From: Nostoc sp.
GTDB lineage: Bacteria; Cyanobacteriota; Cyanobacteriia; Cyanobacteriales; Nostocaceae
Assembly: GCA_036918135.1 (NCBI GenBank)
Contig: JBALDB010000056.1
Coordinates: 32,001-96,000 of the forward strand
Direction of reading: 5' to 3'
Length of the DNA: 64,000 nucleotides
The position numbers and the translations under genes were made by a program. Each line of letters starts with the position of its first letter. The stretch's first letter is position 1. Below the pieces are notes generated by a model that did not search any database, was not told the origin of the DNA, and saw nothing but the letters and a program-made list of their open reading frames with translations. Positions 1 through 10,367 of the stretch are shown here, piece after piece.

Positions 1-1
1 T

Positions 2-988
2 ATGACCCAGCGTGATGTTGCTAATAGCGTCCTCACTTCCTTAAGTTCGAGCGGTCAAGCCGCAATCAACCAATGGCTCGATCCCAAAAAAGGCGTGAGT
101 TACACTCTTGCCGTACAAGTTCCACAGTACAAACTTGACTCTATTGACAGCCTCAAAAATATGCCTGTTGGTAACGGTCAAACCGCACCCCAGCTTTTGG
201 GTAATTTGGCTACTGTCAGACGCGACACGGGGATGCAAGTTGTCAATCACTACAACATTCAGCCAGTTTTTGATATCTACGCTAACTCTTCTGGTCGTGA
301 CCTTGGCGGAGTTGCCCAGGATGTGAACCGAATCATCGCTGATTATCAGAAAAAATTGCCTCACGGTAGTCTGATTACTGTACGCGGGCAAGTACAAACG
401 ATGAACTCTTCGTTTCTGGGACTTGGTTTGGGACTTGTGTTTGCAATTGTGCTAGTTTACTGCTTAATGGTGGTCAACTTCCAATCTTGGCTCGATCCCC
501 TGATTATTATGATGGCCTTGCCGAGTGCTTTAGCTGGGATTGTTTGGATACTGTTTGTCACCCGCACCACTCTCAGCGTTCCTTCCTTAATGGGTGCAAT
601 TATGAGTATAGGTGTGGCAACATCAAACAGTATTTTACTGGTTACTTTTGCTAATGACCAGCGTCAAGAAGGGCAAAATGCTTATCAAGCAGCGCAAGCA
701 GCAGGTCATACACGGTTGCGTCCTGTATTGATGACTGCCTTAGCTATGCTCATTGGTATGGTGCCGATGTCTCTCGGTCTTGGTGAAGGTGGCGAACAGA
801 ATGCACCCTTGGGTCGTGCTGTCATTGGCGGCTTGTCAGCTGCAACAATTGCTACTCTCATCTTCGTACCTGTCGTATATAGCATGTTACGGCGCAAACA
901 ACCTCGTCTGATTGATGAAGATGACGATTTAAATTTCTCAGATCCGCAGACTGCATACTCTTTGTCATCATCTCAAGGCAAGTCATAA
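2..988 (+). CDS. RND efflux transporter permease (AcrB/CusA family), C-terminal part; 5' end outside the window
   Basis: Typical RND C-terminal TM motifs (GVATSNSILLV, RLRPVLMT, PLGRAVIGGL); followed by an RND adaptor gene. Confidence 0.93.
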   Translation: MTQRDVANSVLTSLSSSGQAAINQWLDPKKGVSYTLAVQVPQYKLDSIDSLKNMPVGNGQTAPQLLGNLATVRRDTGMQVVNHYNIQPVFDIYANSSGRDLGGVAQDVNRIIADYQKKLPHGSLITVRGQVQTMNSSFLGLGLGLVFAIVLVYCLMVVNFQSWLDPLIIMMALPSALAGIVWILFVTRTTLSVPSLMGAIMSIGVATSNSILLVTFANDQRQEGQNAYQAAQAAGHTRLRPVLMTALAMLIGMVPMSLGLGEGGEQNAPLGRAVIGGLSAATIATLIFVPVVYSMLRRKQPRLIDEDDDLNFSDPQTAYSLSSSQGKS

Positions 989-993
989 GCTTT

Positions 994-1083
994 GGTAATA
1001 GGTAATAGGTAATGGGGAAAAATACCGTTTACCAATTACCAATTACTAATTACCAATTACCAATTACCAATCACCAATTACCT
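994..1083. repeat. Heptamer STRR array (GGTAATA x3, then TTACCAA-type x7) in inverted arrangement
   Basis: ggtaataggtaataggtaatg ... ttaccaattaccaattactaattaccaattaccaattaccaatcaccaatta. Confidence 0.9.
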
Positions 1084-2442
1084 ATGAATTCTCAGCATCC
1101 TTCATCTCCTGATTCTGAACAACAAACAACTTCTAGAAAAAGGCGTGGCATTGGTCGAATTGGTTGGGCTATACTTGGCGCTGTTTTTTTTGGTAGCCTA
1201 CTAGCTATAGGTATTCTGCCCAGGTTAAACCAAAGGTCAGAATTACAAGCAGCCGTTAAGGAAGCAAGCACCGTACCCTCAGTCGATGTGATTACTCCCC
1301 GTCGCGGTGCTGCTACTACCAATTTAGAGCTACCTGGTAGTGTTGTACCCCTGAACCAAACGACTATCTATGCTCGCAGTACTGGGTATTTGCGGCGGTG
1401 GTACGCAGACATTGGCGATCGCGTCCGGGCTGGTCAGCTGTTAGCAGAGATTGATTCACCAGATATAGATCAGCAAGTTTTGCAAGCAAAGGCAGAAGCA
1501 GCACAAGCACAAGCCAACGTGCTTCAAAGCCGTGCTAGTTTAGCTAAAAGTGTTTCTGATTTAAAGCAAGCCCGCGCTAATTTATTGATAGCACGTCAGA
1601 GCTGGCAGCGCTGGCAAGTTCTTGTCAAACAAGGTGCAGTGCCTCAACAAGATGCAGATACAAGATATGCCACATATCAAGCTAACCTTGCCAACGTTGA
1701 GGCAGCACAAAATACGGTCAATTCTGACTCTGCCAATGTCAAAGCAGCACAAGCTAACGCCTACGCAATTCAAGCAAACTTCCAGCGTAATATCGTATTG
1801 CAGTCTTATAAAAAGGTCACTGCTCCCTTCAGTGGAATAATTACAGCACGTAACGTAAATACAGGTGTTTTAATTTCAGCAGGTAGTGGCAATAGCAGTA
1901 ATACCAATAGCAGTACTACCAGTAGCAACACTGGTAATAGCAGCCTTTATACCATTGCTGCTTACGATACCTTAGACGTGAATGTGAATGTTCCCCAAAG
2001 TTCATCAGGTATACTCCAGACTGGTCAAACAGCACAAATTACTGTTAGAGAGTTACCACAACGAGTGTTTACGGGGAAAGTAGTGCGTACTAGCAATGCT
2101 ATAGATCCCAATACTCGCACTTTGCTCACACAATTAGAAATACAGAATCCTGATGGTGCGTTGCGACCTGGAATGTATGCTAGTGTTAAATTTGCCATTA
2201 ACCGTACTAATGCTCCCTTTGTGATCCCAGATAGTACCTTAGTGGTTAACGCCAACGGTACGCAGGTAGCAACTGTAACTAAAGACCAAACCGTGCATTA
2301 TCAAAAAGTTGCCGTTGGGCGAGATTACGGTACTGAAGTAGAAATTACATCAGGTCTGACCGGAAATGAATCATTGATTGCTACTCCTACGGTCGATCAA
2401 ACAGAGGGTTTGCGCGTGCAGCCAGTTGCACAAACAAAGTAG
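1084..2442 (+). CDS. RND efflux periplasmic adaptor (membrane fusion protein)
   Basis: N-terminal TM helix, lipoyl-like motif ADIGDRVRAGQLLAEID, coiled hairpin, LRPGMYA. Start placed at ATG 1084 because the track's upstream extension is translated STRR. Confidence 0.92.
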   Translation: MNSQHPSSPDSEQQTTSRKRRGIGRIGWAILGAVFFGSLLAIGILPRLNQRSELQAAVKEASTVPSVDVITPRRGAATTNLELPGSVVPLNQTTIYARSTGYLRRWYADIGDRVRAGQLLAEIDSPDIDQQVLQAKAEAAQAQANVLQSRASLAKSVSDLKQARANLLIARQSWQRWQVLVKQGAVPQQDADTRYATYQANLANVEAAQNTVNSDSANVKAAQANAYAIQANFQRNIVLQSYKKVTAPFSGIITARNVNTGVLISAGSGNSSNTNSSTTSSNTGNSSLYTIAAYDTLDVNVNVPQSSSGILQTGQTAQITVRELPQRVFTGKVVRTSNAIDPNTRTLLTQLEIQNPDGALRPGMYASVKFAINRTNAPFVIPDSTLVVNANGTQVATVTKDQTVHYQKVAVGRDYGTEVEITSGLTGNESLIATPTVDQTEGLRVQPVAQTK

Positions 2443-2465
2443 ACTCAATGTTGTCAATTTACTAC

Positions 2466-2521
2466 TTGACATACTCCCTTGAATACGCTACTCTAACGCT
2501 AAATTCGGGGGAGTATGTCAA
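2466..2521. repeat. Palindrome whose arms resemble IS200/IS605 right ends (GGGAGTATGTCAA); may also act as terminator
   Basis: ttgacatactcccttgaat ... attcgggggagtatgtcaa, a 19-bp imperfect inverted repeat just after the RND adaptor stop. Confidence 0.55.
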
Positions 2522-2526
2522 AACAT

Positions 2527-2616
2527 ATAGCCGTAGTCATACTCTTTAGGACATTTTGAAAGGTGAATGCTGGAGTTAGCAATAGTTTTACCTCCTGCCT
2601 CCTGCCTCCTGCTATA
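2527..2616. repeat. Short dispersed repeat with TATAGC...GCTATA ends; related inverted copy at ~33141-33224
   Basis: Shared core ttaggacattttgaaag...ttttacctc.tgcctcctg.tata in both copies. Confidence 0.65.
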
Positions 2617-2667
2617 CTATTCACTTATCTTTCTTTAAACAGACAAGTCACATTAAATCCTCTTTCC

Positions 2668-2772
2668 TTCTGACTTTAAAAAGGGTGTAGGGTGTGGGGT
2701 ATCGGGTATAGGGGAAGAAACTTTTTTCATATATGGCGGTGAAACTTGTTTCCTCAAGACTGCCTTCTGCCT
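2668..2772. repeat. ~100 bp dispersed repeat; related copies at ~10688-10768 (+) and ~41221-41313 (-)
   Basis: Shared ctgactt...ggggaa...ttt(t)cat..ttggtg.tga....tttcatcgggactgcct pattern. Confidence 0.65.
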
Positions 2773-2796
2773 CCTGCCTTGTTTCTTGAAAAAGGG

Positions 2797-4590
2797 TTAA
2801 TTTAGACCCAATTCTTGTCTAATCATTTGTTGCTGATCCGGAGGAAGTTCAGCAAAATCTGTTGAAGATATAATAGCTGACTTCTGCTCATTAATAGAAT
2901 TGCGATTCAGCACCGCAAGCATAGCGACACGAGGACGACCACCGTAAGAGCCATCATATACATCTGATCGTATTTTTAACTGTTTCTGAGCAGCAAGCTG
3001 ACGTAATTGTTTGAGCATATCAGACATTTGTAAGCCATTGAGCTTTTTGTAAAACTCTGGAGCTTCTTCTTTGGCTACAACTTCATCGGCATAGGGTTTG
3101 TAGATGCCACCACAAATGGGATAAAGCCAATATAACTGATCGATTTGCTTTAACTTCTTATAAATTGCACCCACCATTGTTTTCAAGTCAGGATTATTGT
3201 TTTCTTGCCAGAAAGACCAAGGAAAAGTTGCGGATATTGCGTGGCGCGAGTGAACAGCTAAAGTCGCACTATCTAAGGGGTATTCTAAAATTTCTGGAGG
3301 AATGCCACTCATTGCATTTTCTAAAAATGTTGTCCACTGGGCATTGAGCATTGTCTGACGCTGTTTAACGCTTTCATCTTCGCTAGGTTCTTGTCCTGAT
3401 TGATTCGTTTGACGACCTTGACTAACATTAATAATTAATGAAAGAAGTGGATGATTTGTTTGGATATAATTTGATGCATCTGTTCCATCCAAAATCCACC
3501 CTTTTTCTGTGTCAACAACTAAAAAACTTTTTGTCTTTTTATCGGCTATCAATCCAGCTTGAAAGGCTACGCTGTTTACTTCTGGTAAAGTTTCAAAACT
3601 TTGAGCTACTATCTGTTCTGCTTGCCTACCTGATGATGAAAAACCAACCCCAATGGTGAGAGTATTATCAAAGGTTGTGATTGTACCAAGTCGTCCTTCT
3701 AAGGGGATCGTTTTTTTGAATATTTGCCACTTTTTTTGGTCTTCAGGATTTGAAGGGTCAAACTTTTGGGTTGGTTGTGCGCCTTGACTCCATTGATTAT
3801 ATCGGGCTGCAATTGGATCGTCCTTAGCGAGTGCTGGGTCGTGAAAATTTCCAACAGGTTTTCCATAAGGACTTCGCCCAATCTCTCGTGCTGGAATCGT
3901 ATTGCGGGCAGCAACAATGTCAGCAATTATTTTGTTTTTCCTCGAATCATCAATTTCTTCACTATTTCGAGATGTAAGGTCTACATCTTCTTCAGAAGCA
4001 TAAGTCAATGTTGGATTAGCATTAGGTGTGTTCTCTACGCTTGTTAGCTTTAATTTATCTTTCTTTGCCCCCTTTTTTGCTCCTTTTTTTAAGTGTGCGT
4101 GTGGCAAATCTAACCATGTAACAGATTGCTTTGTTTGAGTGTCAGTACTTTTATCTTCAGAGTCTCCTGGGGCTCGGGATATTCGTAAATTTTGCTCTTT
4201 TGTCTGCGAAAGCTGTGACAATCTGCCTACAGGCTGTGCGCTAGGAGGGTTCCACATCACCTGATTTGCCATCCAATCGGCTTGTTGCTCGTACTGGTCG
4301 TTTGGCTCTCCCATTGCCAGCTTTGCTTGGGGATCGCGTAATGATATGCGACTAATATCATGACCAAAAGACCGTTGTTGAATGGCTTTTGCTAACAAGG
4401 ATTGCTCATCAGCAGTCTGTGCTTCTTGAAGATTGGTTGATTCTGAAGTTTCTGTTTCGATGTCATTATTTGTTGGTAAACCAAAGCCGCGTATTGGGTT
4501 CGCCAGCGTTGGAGTAGTTGGTGAGACAAGTGATGGATTTGAAAAAGTTGATTTACCTGCTTTTTTGTGCCCAAACGTGCGATCGTTCAT
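2797..4590 (-). CDS. Hypothetical protein with the N-terminal leader typical of cyanobacterial DUF4157/eCIS-associated proteins and an unknown C-terminal region
   Basis: Motifs PTLANPIRGFG, FGHDISRISL, QAKLAMGEPNDQYEQQADWMANQVM; no HExxH DUF4157 core visible. Confidence 0.7.
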   Translation of the reverse strand: MNDRTFGHKKAGKSTFSNPSLVSPTTPTLANPIRGFGLPTNNDIETETSESTNLQEAQTADEQSLLAKAIQQRSFGHDISRISLRDPQAKLAMGEPNDQYEQQADWMANQVMWNPPSAQPVGRLSQLSQTKEQNLRISRAPGDSEDKSTDTQTKQSVTWLDLPHAHLKKGAKKGAKKDKLKLTSVENTPNANPTLTYASEEDVDLTSRNSEEIDDSRKNKIIADIVAARNTIPAREIGRSPYGKPVGNFHDPALAKDDPIAARYNQWSQGAQPTQKFDPSNPEDQKKWQIFKKTIPLEGRLGTITTFDNTLTIGVGFSSSGRQAEQIVAQSFETLPEVNSVAFQAGLIADKKTKSFLVVDTEKGWILDGTDASNYIQTNHPLLSLIINVSQGRQTNQSGQEPSEDESVKQRQTMLNAQWTTFLENAMSGIPPEILEYPLDSATLAVHSRHAISATFPWSFWQENNNPDLKTMVGAIYKKLKQIDQLYWLYPICGGIYKPYADEVVAKEEAPEFYKKLNGLQMSDMLKQLRQLAAQKQLKIRSDVYDGSYGGRPRVAMLAVLNRNSINEQKSAIISSTDFAELPPDQQQMIRQELGLN

Positions 4591-4763
4591 CTCACCCTTT
4601 CTCCATTGGTGGGTAAAGCCCTAATTTCTACTTCAGACATTTTTTATTAAAAATTTTACAATTTGTAGAAATCCGATTGCTATCGACTTTAGTCTAGTTA
4701 AGAGATTCCAGCATAGCTGCCTCCTGCTATAAGTTCAAAAATCAAAGCCGATTATTATAGTTA

Positions 4764-7700
4764 TCAGTCCTCAGTTAGCTCAATAATTTCATCGAAGCAG
4801 AAGTTACGGACTAAATTTGCTAATTCTTCGGCTAATTGAGACTGAGTTGGCTCAATTTGTGCAATTAGTTGGGAAATTCGCTCACCATCTACTTCAACGG
4901 CTGCTTGATTCAGTTCAGCTATCCATTCGCCAGGCATAACCTCAATTGCAGAGTGAACATCGAAGATAGCAAATGGAAGGTTATCTGGCTTTTTGTCTGT
5001 GGTATTTTCACTGCTTTGCTGGGCGTAGATATAATCTACCTGCAAATATTCAGCTATCTTTTCAAAAATCACCTGTTCGCGGAATGGTTTACGAACCAAG
5101 TCGTCACAACCTGCGGCTAAGATACTTGCTTGTTGTTCTTCAAAAGCACTAGCAGTTAAGGCAATAATTACACTGCGGTGATTTACATCTGTATTTCTTT
5201 CCCTGGCTCTAATTTCTTTAGTTGCATCATAGCCATTCATTACAGGCATTCGCATATCCATCCAAATTAGGTGGGGTTGCCAATTTTGCCAAATTGCGAT
5301 CGCTTCTTGCCCATTATTTGCAGCTTGGATTTCAAAACCTATGCTGCCAAGAAGTTGCACAATTAAATCGCGGTTTTCTTTGCGGTCATCCACTACCAGA
5401 ATCCGATATGCAGGTTGGTTTGCTGCCAACTGAATCACGCGTCCTCTGCTCAACTTGGGTGTAGCTTTTAAGGCTGCAACTAAATTTACTTGCATGTCAA
5501 AGCTAAAAATAGATCCTTGCCCAACGGTACTGCTAATGTGAATATCGCCCCCCAACAAACGCACAAACTGTCGGCTAATAGTTAGTCCTAATCCAGTTCC
5601 CTCTTTGGTCTGGATACCGCTTGTTGTCTGCACAAAAGGCTGAAATAAGTTATCCATTTCTTCTTGTGCTATTCCCCGTCCAGTATCTTCGATTTCAAAG
5701 ATTAGGGATTGGGGACTGGGTATTGGGAGATGGTGATTGGGGACTGGAGATTCGAGATTAGTTGTTCCTGTGGTTGTTTTATCATTTTGTCCATTTATCT
5801 CCTTATCCCCAGTCCCCAGTTCCCAGTCTCCAGTCGCCATTCTCACTCGCAACGTTACTCCCCCAGTTTGAGTAAACTTGACGGCATTACCTAAAAGGTT
5901 AATTAGGACTTGGCGGAGTTTACCTTCATCTGTTTGGACATAACGCGGCAGATCGGGGGACATTTCAAATTTGAGGAATAATTGCTTTGCTTGTGTCCGC
6001 ACCTGAAACATTTCTTGTATTGTTTGCAACAACAAATAAAGGTCAAAGTCCTCAGGATTGAAAATGATTTGTCCTGCCTCAATTTTAGACATTTCCAGGA
6101 CATCATTAATCAGGTTGAGTAAGTGTTCTCCACTACGGTTAATGGTAGCTAAAGATTCACGCTGATTGGAGTTGAGGCTGGTGTCTCGTTCCATTAATTG
6201 GGAAAAACCAAGAATCGCATTTAAAGGAGTACGGAGTTCGTGACTCATGTTAGCCAAAAAAGCACTTTTAGCTCGGCTAGCAGTTTCGGCTGCTTCTTTG
6301 GCAATTCTCAAGGCTTCTTCTGCTTGATGTCTGGCTTGACCGATCGCTATTATTTCACCTACTAATTTCAATAGATTAATATCTTCTTGGTTCCAGGTTT
6401 TTGAGCGGTGAATCATTGCTGTACCCACAAATCCCACTACTGTGCCAGCATGAAGCATGGGCACAGCTAATATAGACTGAAACGACATACTCTCAAACAT
6501 TTGGCGTTCGGGTAGGTCTGGCGGTAAATCTTGCACGCAAGAAATTTGGCGATGTCCACCAACAAGAATCGGCTCGTAGAAATAGGGGAAAACTTCCACA
6601 GGCGAACCTCTGGCAATATCAATCAATGGTGTAACACCTCCAGCACACCATTCATGAATCAGGTAAAATTCGCTACGGTCGTTGGAGCATTTAAAGATAC
6701 AACTGTGTTCAGCATCAATAAATTGAGCGATCGCTTTCAGTGTAAAATTAATTGCTGTTGCTAAATCTTGGTCGATAAATTGCCGAGAAATGCTGCTGAG
6801 TAAAGTTTCTGCTTGAGTTCGACGTTGCAAGGCTGCTTCTGCTAGTTTGCGATCGCTAATATCACGAGCTACCCCGACAATCTGGAAGTTACCCTGGGCA
6901 TCTTGGGTGCGGACTGCATTAGAAGTTAGCCAAACCCAACCTTTTGTACGATGTTTGGCACGGTACTCAGTACCGGAAATTCCCTCACCTGTTGTGAGGA
7001 TAGTTTGGGCAACTTCTAAACATTTCGGCACATCATCGGCATGAGTAAAGGATGCTAAGGAATTACCCTCCATTTCACTAGGGGCAAATCCAGTAGTCTT
7101 CAAGATATTTGGAGAAATATAGTTGAAAACCCCATCAGGATTGAGTACAAATAATACGTCGTTGACTTTTTCAACGATAGTGCGAAACTTTAACTCGCTT
7201 TCTTGTAGTGCGGCTTCTGCTTGTAGACGTTCCAATTCAGCACCAGCACGGGCGGCAAAAATTCTCACAATCAGTTCCCGTCCGGGATCGGGCTTCATTG
7301 GTTTAACATCTATTACTGCTAGATGTCCGATGATGTCACCAGATGAACTAGTTAGAGGTACGCCGAAAAAACTCTCGGCATTCATATTCACTAAATCTGC
7401 ATCTTCTGGAAAAGTGGCTTGCACCGCTTGGGAGTAGTGGCACATGTTGCCTTGCAAAGCATGTTCGCAAGGAGTACCGCGCAAATCATATTCCAAGTTG
7501 TTGCAAATACCTCCAGAATACCAAAATGCCAAAGTGCGGACGCTAGTTTTTGACTCACCATTAAATTCAGTAACTAGAGCGTATTCAACTTGCAATACTT
7601 CGGCAAGGTAACGAACGCAGGAATTGAAAAATTCATTGCCTGTTTTAGCAGCTGTGCCCTCAAGAATTAAGTTTAAAGCCTGTTCTTGGCGTTTGCGATC

Positions 7701-10367
7701 GCTGATATCTGTAAACACGCAATCCAAACAAGATTCTTCGGAATTAAGGCGCAATGATAATAATAGCCAAACCACAGAGCCATCAGGGCGACGCACTGCT
7801 AATTCATAATTGCATACTTCGCCGTACTCTTGTATCTGTTTTAAAATCACTGCGCGTTCGCTGGGATTGAGATAAAAATCAGTTATCAGATAGTTACCAA
7901 TTAAATCAGAAGCACAGGCAAAACCGACGATATATGCGCCACGATCGTTAGCATCAAGAATTAATCCATCTTCTGGACGGGTGCGGAAAATCCCTACTTG
8001 GGAATTTTCAAAGATGTTGCGGTACTTCATTTCACTACGACGCAAGGCTTCTTCTGCTTGTTTGCGTTCTGTGATGTCCCGTCCCACACCTGCGATCGCA
8101 ATTTCACCACTGGGAGTAATAATTGTTGAAGTATTAAAGTTGAACCATCGCCAACTGTCGTCTTTGTGTCGCAATTGCACTTCAATATCAGTCAGCTTGT
8201 CGCCAGTTATAGCCCTTTGTAAGACGGCGGCGTTAGTTGCTAAATCTTCAGGTTTGGTAAAGTCTACCATCGAATGACCTTCAATTTCCGCCAAACTGTA
8301 ACCCAGAATTGCAGTCACATTCGGCGAGTGATAGGTAAAAATTCCCTCTGGCGAGAGGACAAATATCAAATCACTGGCATTTTCAACAATGCTGCGGAAT
8401 TTTAACTCATTTTCTTGCAGAGCTGCTTGGACGCGTTTGCGTTCTGTGGCATCAGTGCCCACTGAAAGAATTTCGATTAAGTTTCCTTGTTCGTCTAAAA
8501 TGGGTTTATTTGCCCAAACTATCCAAACGCGATCGCCATTTTTGCATAAGTTCTCGTTTTCATTAAATAGATAGTTTTCTGGGTGCAGGCAAATATCCAC
8601 CATTAACGTCTGTAAGTCGCGTCCAGAAGTTTCGGTTTCTGGAACAATTGTGCCGACAACATTACTTCCTGTAATCTCATCTAAATCGAAACCAAACAGC
8701 GTTTGACCATAATCATTTAAAAATACAATGTCACCATTGCTGTCCCAACGCAGAATGATGCAATTAGCTGTCTGCACTAAATCGCGGTACTGTGCTTCGC
8801 TTTGGCGTAAGGCTTCCTGAGTGCGTTTGCGAAGGCTAATATCCCGCACTATTGCTAAAATGTGTCGCTTGCCATTATAAATGCAGGTCGTTGCTTTAAC
8901 TTCTACATCGATTAAAGTGCCATCTTTGCAGACATCAACTGCTTGTCCGTAAAATTCCTCACTAGCTCGCGTTTTCTCAATATACTCATGGAAAACAGAA
9001 TCTGAATCGGGGTGAATGTAAGCAGATGGATGCAAAGTCATAAATTCTTCGTAGGTATAACCGTGCATCTGACAAGCAGCAGGATTCACTTCCACGACTG
9101 TTTGAGTTTCTATTTCAGTAATAAATAGTCCATCATTGATAGCTTCAAAAACACTGCGGTATTGCAATTCACTTTGTCGCAATGCTTCTTCTGCCTTTTG
9201 GCGTTGGGTGACATCGCGGAAGCACCACAATCTACCAATAATCTGTTCGCCAACGCGCTGAGGACAGGAGTAGCGCTCAAATATTCTGCCATCGCGCATT
9301 TCTAAGCAGTCGTAACTAACTACTTCCGGCTGTTGGTATAATTCTCGCACACGTTGCAAAAACTCATCGGGGTCTTTTAGTTGGTTTGCTAAATGCGCTA
9401 GTCGCCGACGATGACTTGGTTCCATTAAAAGTTCTGGTGGAATTGACCACATTTCTAAGAACTTTTGGTTATAACTAGTGATATTACCGGAGCTATTTAC
9501 TACTAAGATACCGTCTTGAATTGATTCTAAAATAGCGTTTAATAAAGATAAAGAATTTTCTAGAGCTAGTTGGGTTTGTTTGCGTTGGCTAATATCGCGC
9601 CCCAAAACAAGCATTGCCTTGCGTCTACCATCCTGATGAAACAGAGGAGCTTTAATCATATCTAAACTGCTCGTTGTGCCATCAGGTCGGGGAACAACTT
9701 CTTCTACCCGATGCACAGCTCCCAACTGCCAAGATTGTTCATCTGTTTCGCTGCAATTGAGCAAGGCATCGTGATAAAAATTGCTAAATTCTGCCAGTTC
9801 TGAGTCGGTTTTGCCTCGATAATCAACCTCTTGTAGTTCTAAAAATTCTAAGTTAGCTTGGTTTGACAGCAACCATTTTCCCTCGCCGTCTTTTAAACAG
9901 ATAATATCGGGTGTTGCGTTAATTAATGTGTGTAACCGCTCCTCAATCTCTTGCAAGGATTCTTGAGCTTGTTTCGTCTCGGTGATATCCTGAATCACCA
10001 GTATTGCAAATTTCTCATCAGTCAATCCGATACAGTTACCGGAAATTTGTAACGTTAAAGTGCGATCGCCCTGCTGCAACTGATAATTTGTTGTTTCATA
10101 CTCTCCATTAAGTAACCGTACATGCGGATAGCAGGATAAAGCAACTAATTGTCCAGCCTGTGTTAAGGGTAGCAATTCAGTTAACATCAAGCCGCAGACA
10201 GTACCGTGGGCTTGGTTAACCAGAAATTCAAAGCTAGAATTGCACCATTGAATGCTTTGGTCTTCGCCCACCCAGACTACAGCATCAGCGATCGCATCCA
10301 GTGTAACTTCCATTTTGTTCAACGTGGCTTGCAATTGCTTTACCTGCTCTAGCTGTTGTGTAATCAT
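4764..10367 (-). CDS. Hybrid sensor histidine kinase (about 8 PAS, 2 GAF, HisKA, HATPase, REC)
   Basis: Repeated PAS/PAC units ending in D(I/V)(T/S)ERK-like motifs; FLANMSHELRTPLNAILG; NLLGNAVKFT; GTGLGL; ILVVDD...IWMDMRMP. ATG 10367 preferred over TTG 10418. Confidence 0.93.
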   Translation of the reverse strand: MITQQLEQVKQLQATLNKMEVTLDAIADAVVWVGEDQSIQWCNSSFEFLVNQAHGTVCGLMLTELLPLTQAGQLVALSCYPHVRLLNGEYETTNYQLQQGDRTLTLQISGNCIGLTDEKFAILVIQDITETKQAQESLQEIEERLHTLINATPDIICLKDGEGKWLLSNQANLEFLELQEVDYRGKTDSELAEFSNFYHDALLNCSETDEQSWQLGAVHRVEEVVPRPDGTTSSLDMIKAPLFHQDGRRKAMLVLGRDISQRKQTQLALENSLSLLNAILESIQDGILVVNSSGNITSYNQKFLEMWSIPPELLMEPSHRRRLAHLANQLKDPDEFLQRVRELYQQPEVVSYDCLEMRDGRIFERYSCPQRVGEQIIGRLWCFRDVTQRQKAEEALRQSELQYRSVFEAINDGLFITEIETQTVVEVNPAACQMHGYTYEEFMTLHPSAYIHPDSDSVFHEYIEKTRASEEFYGQAVDVCKDGTLIDVEVKATTCIYNGKRHILAIVRDISLRKRTQEALRQSEAQYRDLVQTANCIILRWDSNGDIVFLNDYGQTLFGFDLDEITGSNVVGTIVPETETSGRDLQTLMVDICLHPENYLFNENENLCKNGDRVWIVWANKPILDEQGNLIEILSVGTDATERKRVQAALQENELKFRSIVENASDLIFVLSPEGIFTYHSPNVTAILGYSLAEIEGHSMVDFTKPEDLATNAAVLQRAITGDKLTDIEVQLRHKDDSWRWFNFNTSTIITPSGEIAIAGVGRDITERKQAEEALRRSEMKYRNIFENSQVGIFRTRPEDGLILDANDRGAYIVGFACASDLIGNYLITDFYLNPSERAVILKQIQEYGEVCNYELAVRRPDGSVVWLLLSLRLNSEESCLDCVFTDISDRKRQEQALNLILEGTAAKTGNEFFNSCVRYLAEVLQVEYALVTEFNGESKTSVRTLAFWYSGGICNNLEYDLRGTPCEHALQGNMCHYSQAVQATFPEDADLVNMNAESFFGVPLTSSSGDIIGHLAVIDVKPMKPDPGRELIVRIFAARAGAELERLQAEAALQESELKFRTIVEKVNDVLFVLNPDGVFNYISPNILKTTGFAPSEMEGNSLASFTHADDVPKCLEVAQTILTTGEGISGTEYRAKHRTKGWVWLTSNAVRTQDAQGNFQIVGVARDISDRKLAEAALQRRTQAETLLSSISRQFIDQDLATAINFTLKAIAQFIDAEHSCIFKCSNDRSEFYLIHEWCAGGVTPLIDIARGSPVEVFPYFYEPILVGGHRQISCVQDLPPDLPERQMFESMSFQSILAVPMLHAGTVVGFVGTAMIHRSKTWNQEDINLLKLVGEIIAIGQARHQAEEALRIAKEAAETASRAKSAFLANMSHELRTPLNAILGFSQLMERDTSLNSNQRESLATINRSGEHLLNLINDVLEMSKIEAGQIIFNPEDFDLYLLLQTIQEMFQVRTQAKQLFLKFEMSPDLPRYVQTDEGKLRQVLINLLGNAVKFTQTGGVTLRVRMATGDWELGTGDKEINGQNDKTTTGTTNLESPVPNHHLPIPSPQSLIFEIEDTGRGIAQEEMDNLFQPFVQTTSGIQTKEGTGLGLTISRQFVRLLGGDIHISSTVGQGSIFSFDMQVNLVAALKATPKLSRGRVIQLAANQPAYRILVVDDRKENRDLIVQLLGSIGFEIQAANNGQEAIAIWQNWQPHLIWMDMRMPVMNGYDATKEIRARERNTDVNHRSVIIALTASAFEEQQASILAAGCDDLVRKPFREQVIFEKIAEYLQVDYIYAQQSSENTTDKKPDNLPFAIFDVHSAIEVMPGEWIAELNQAAVEVDGERISQLIAQIEPTQSQLAEELANLVRNFCFDEIIELTED

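Noticed and set aside
1012..1083. N-terminal extension YQLPITNYQLPITNHQLP of the RND adaptor
   Set aside because: Translated STRR heptamers; ATG 1084 is the more plausible start
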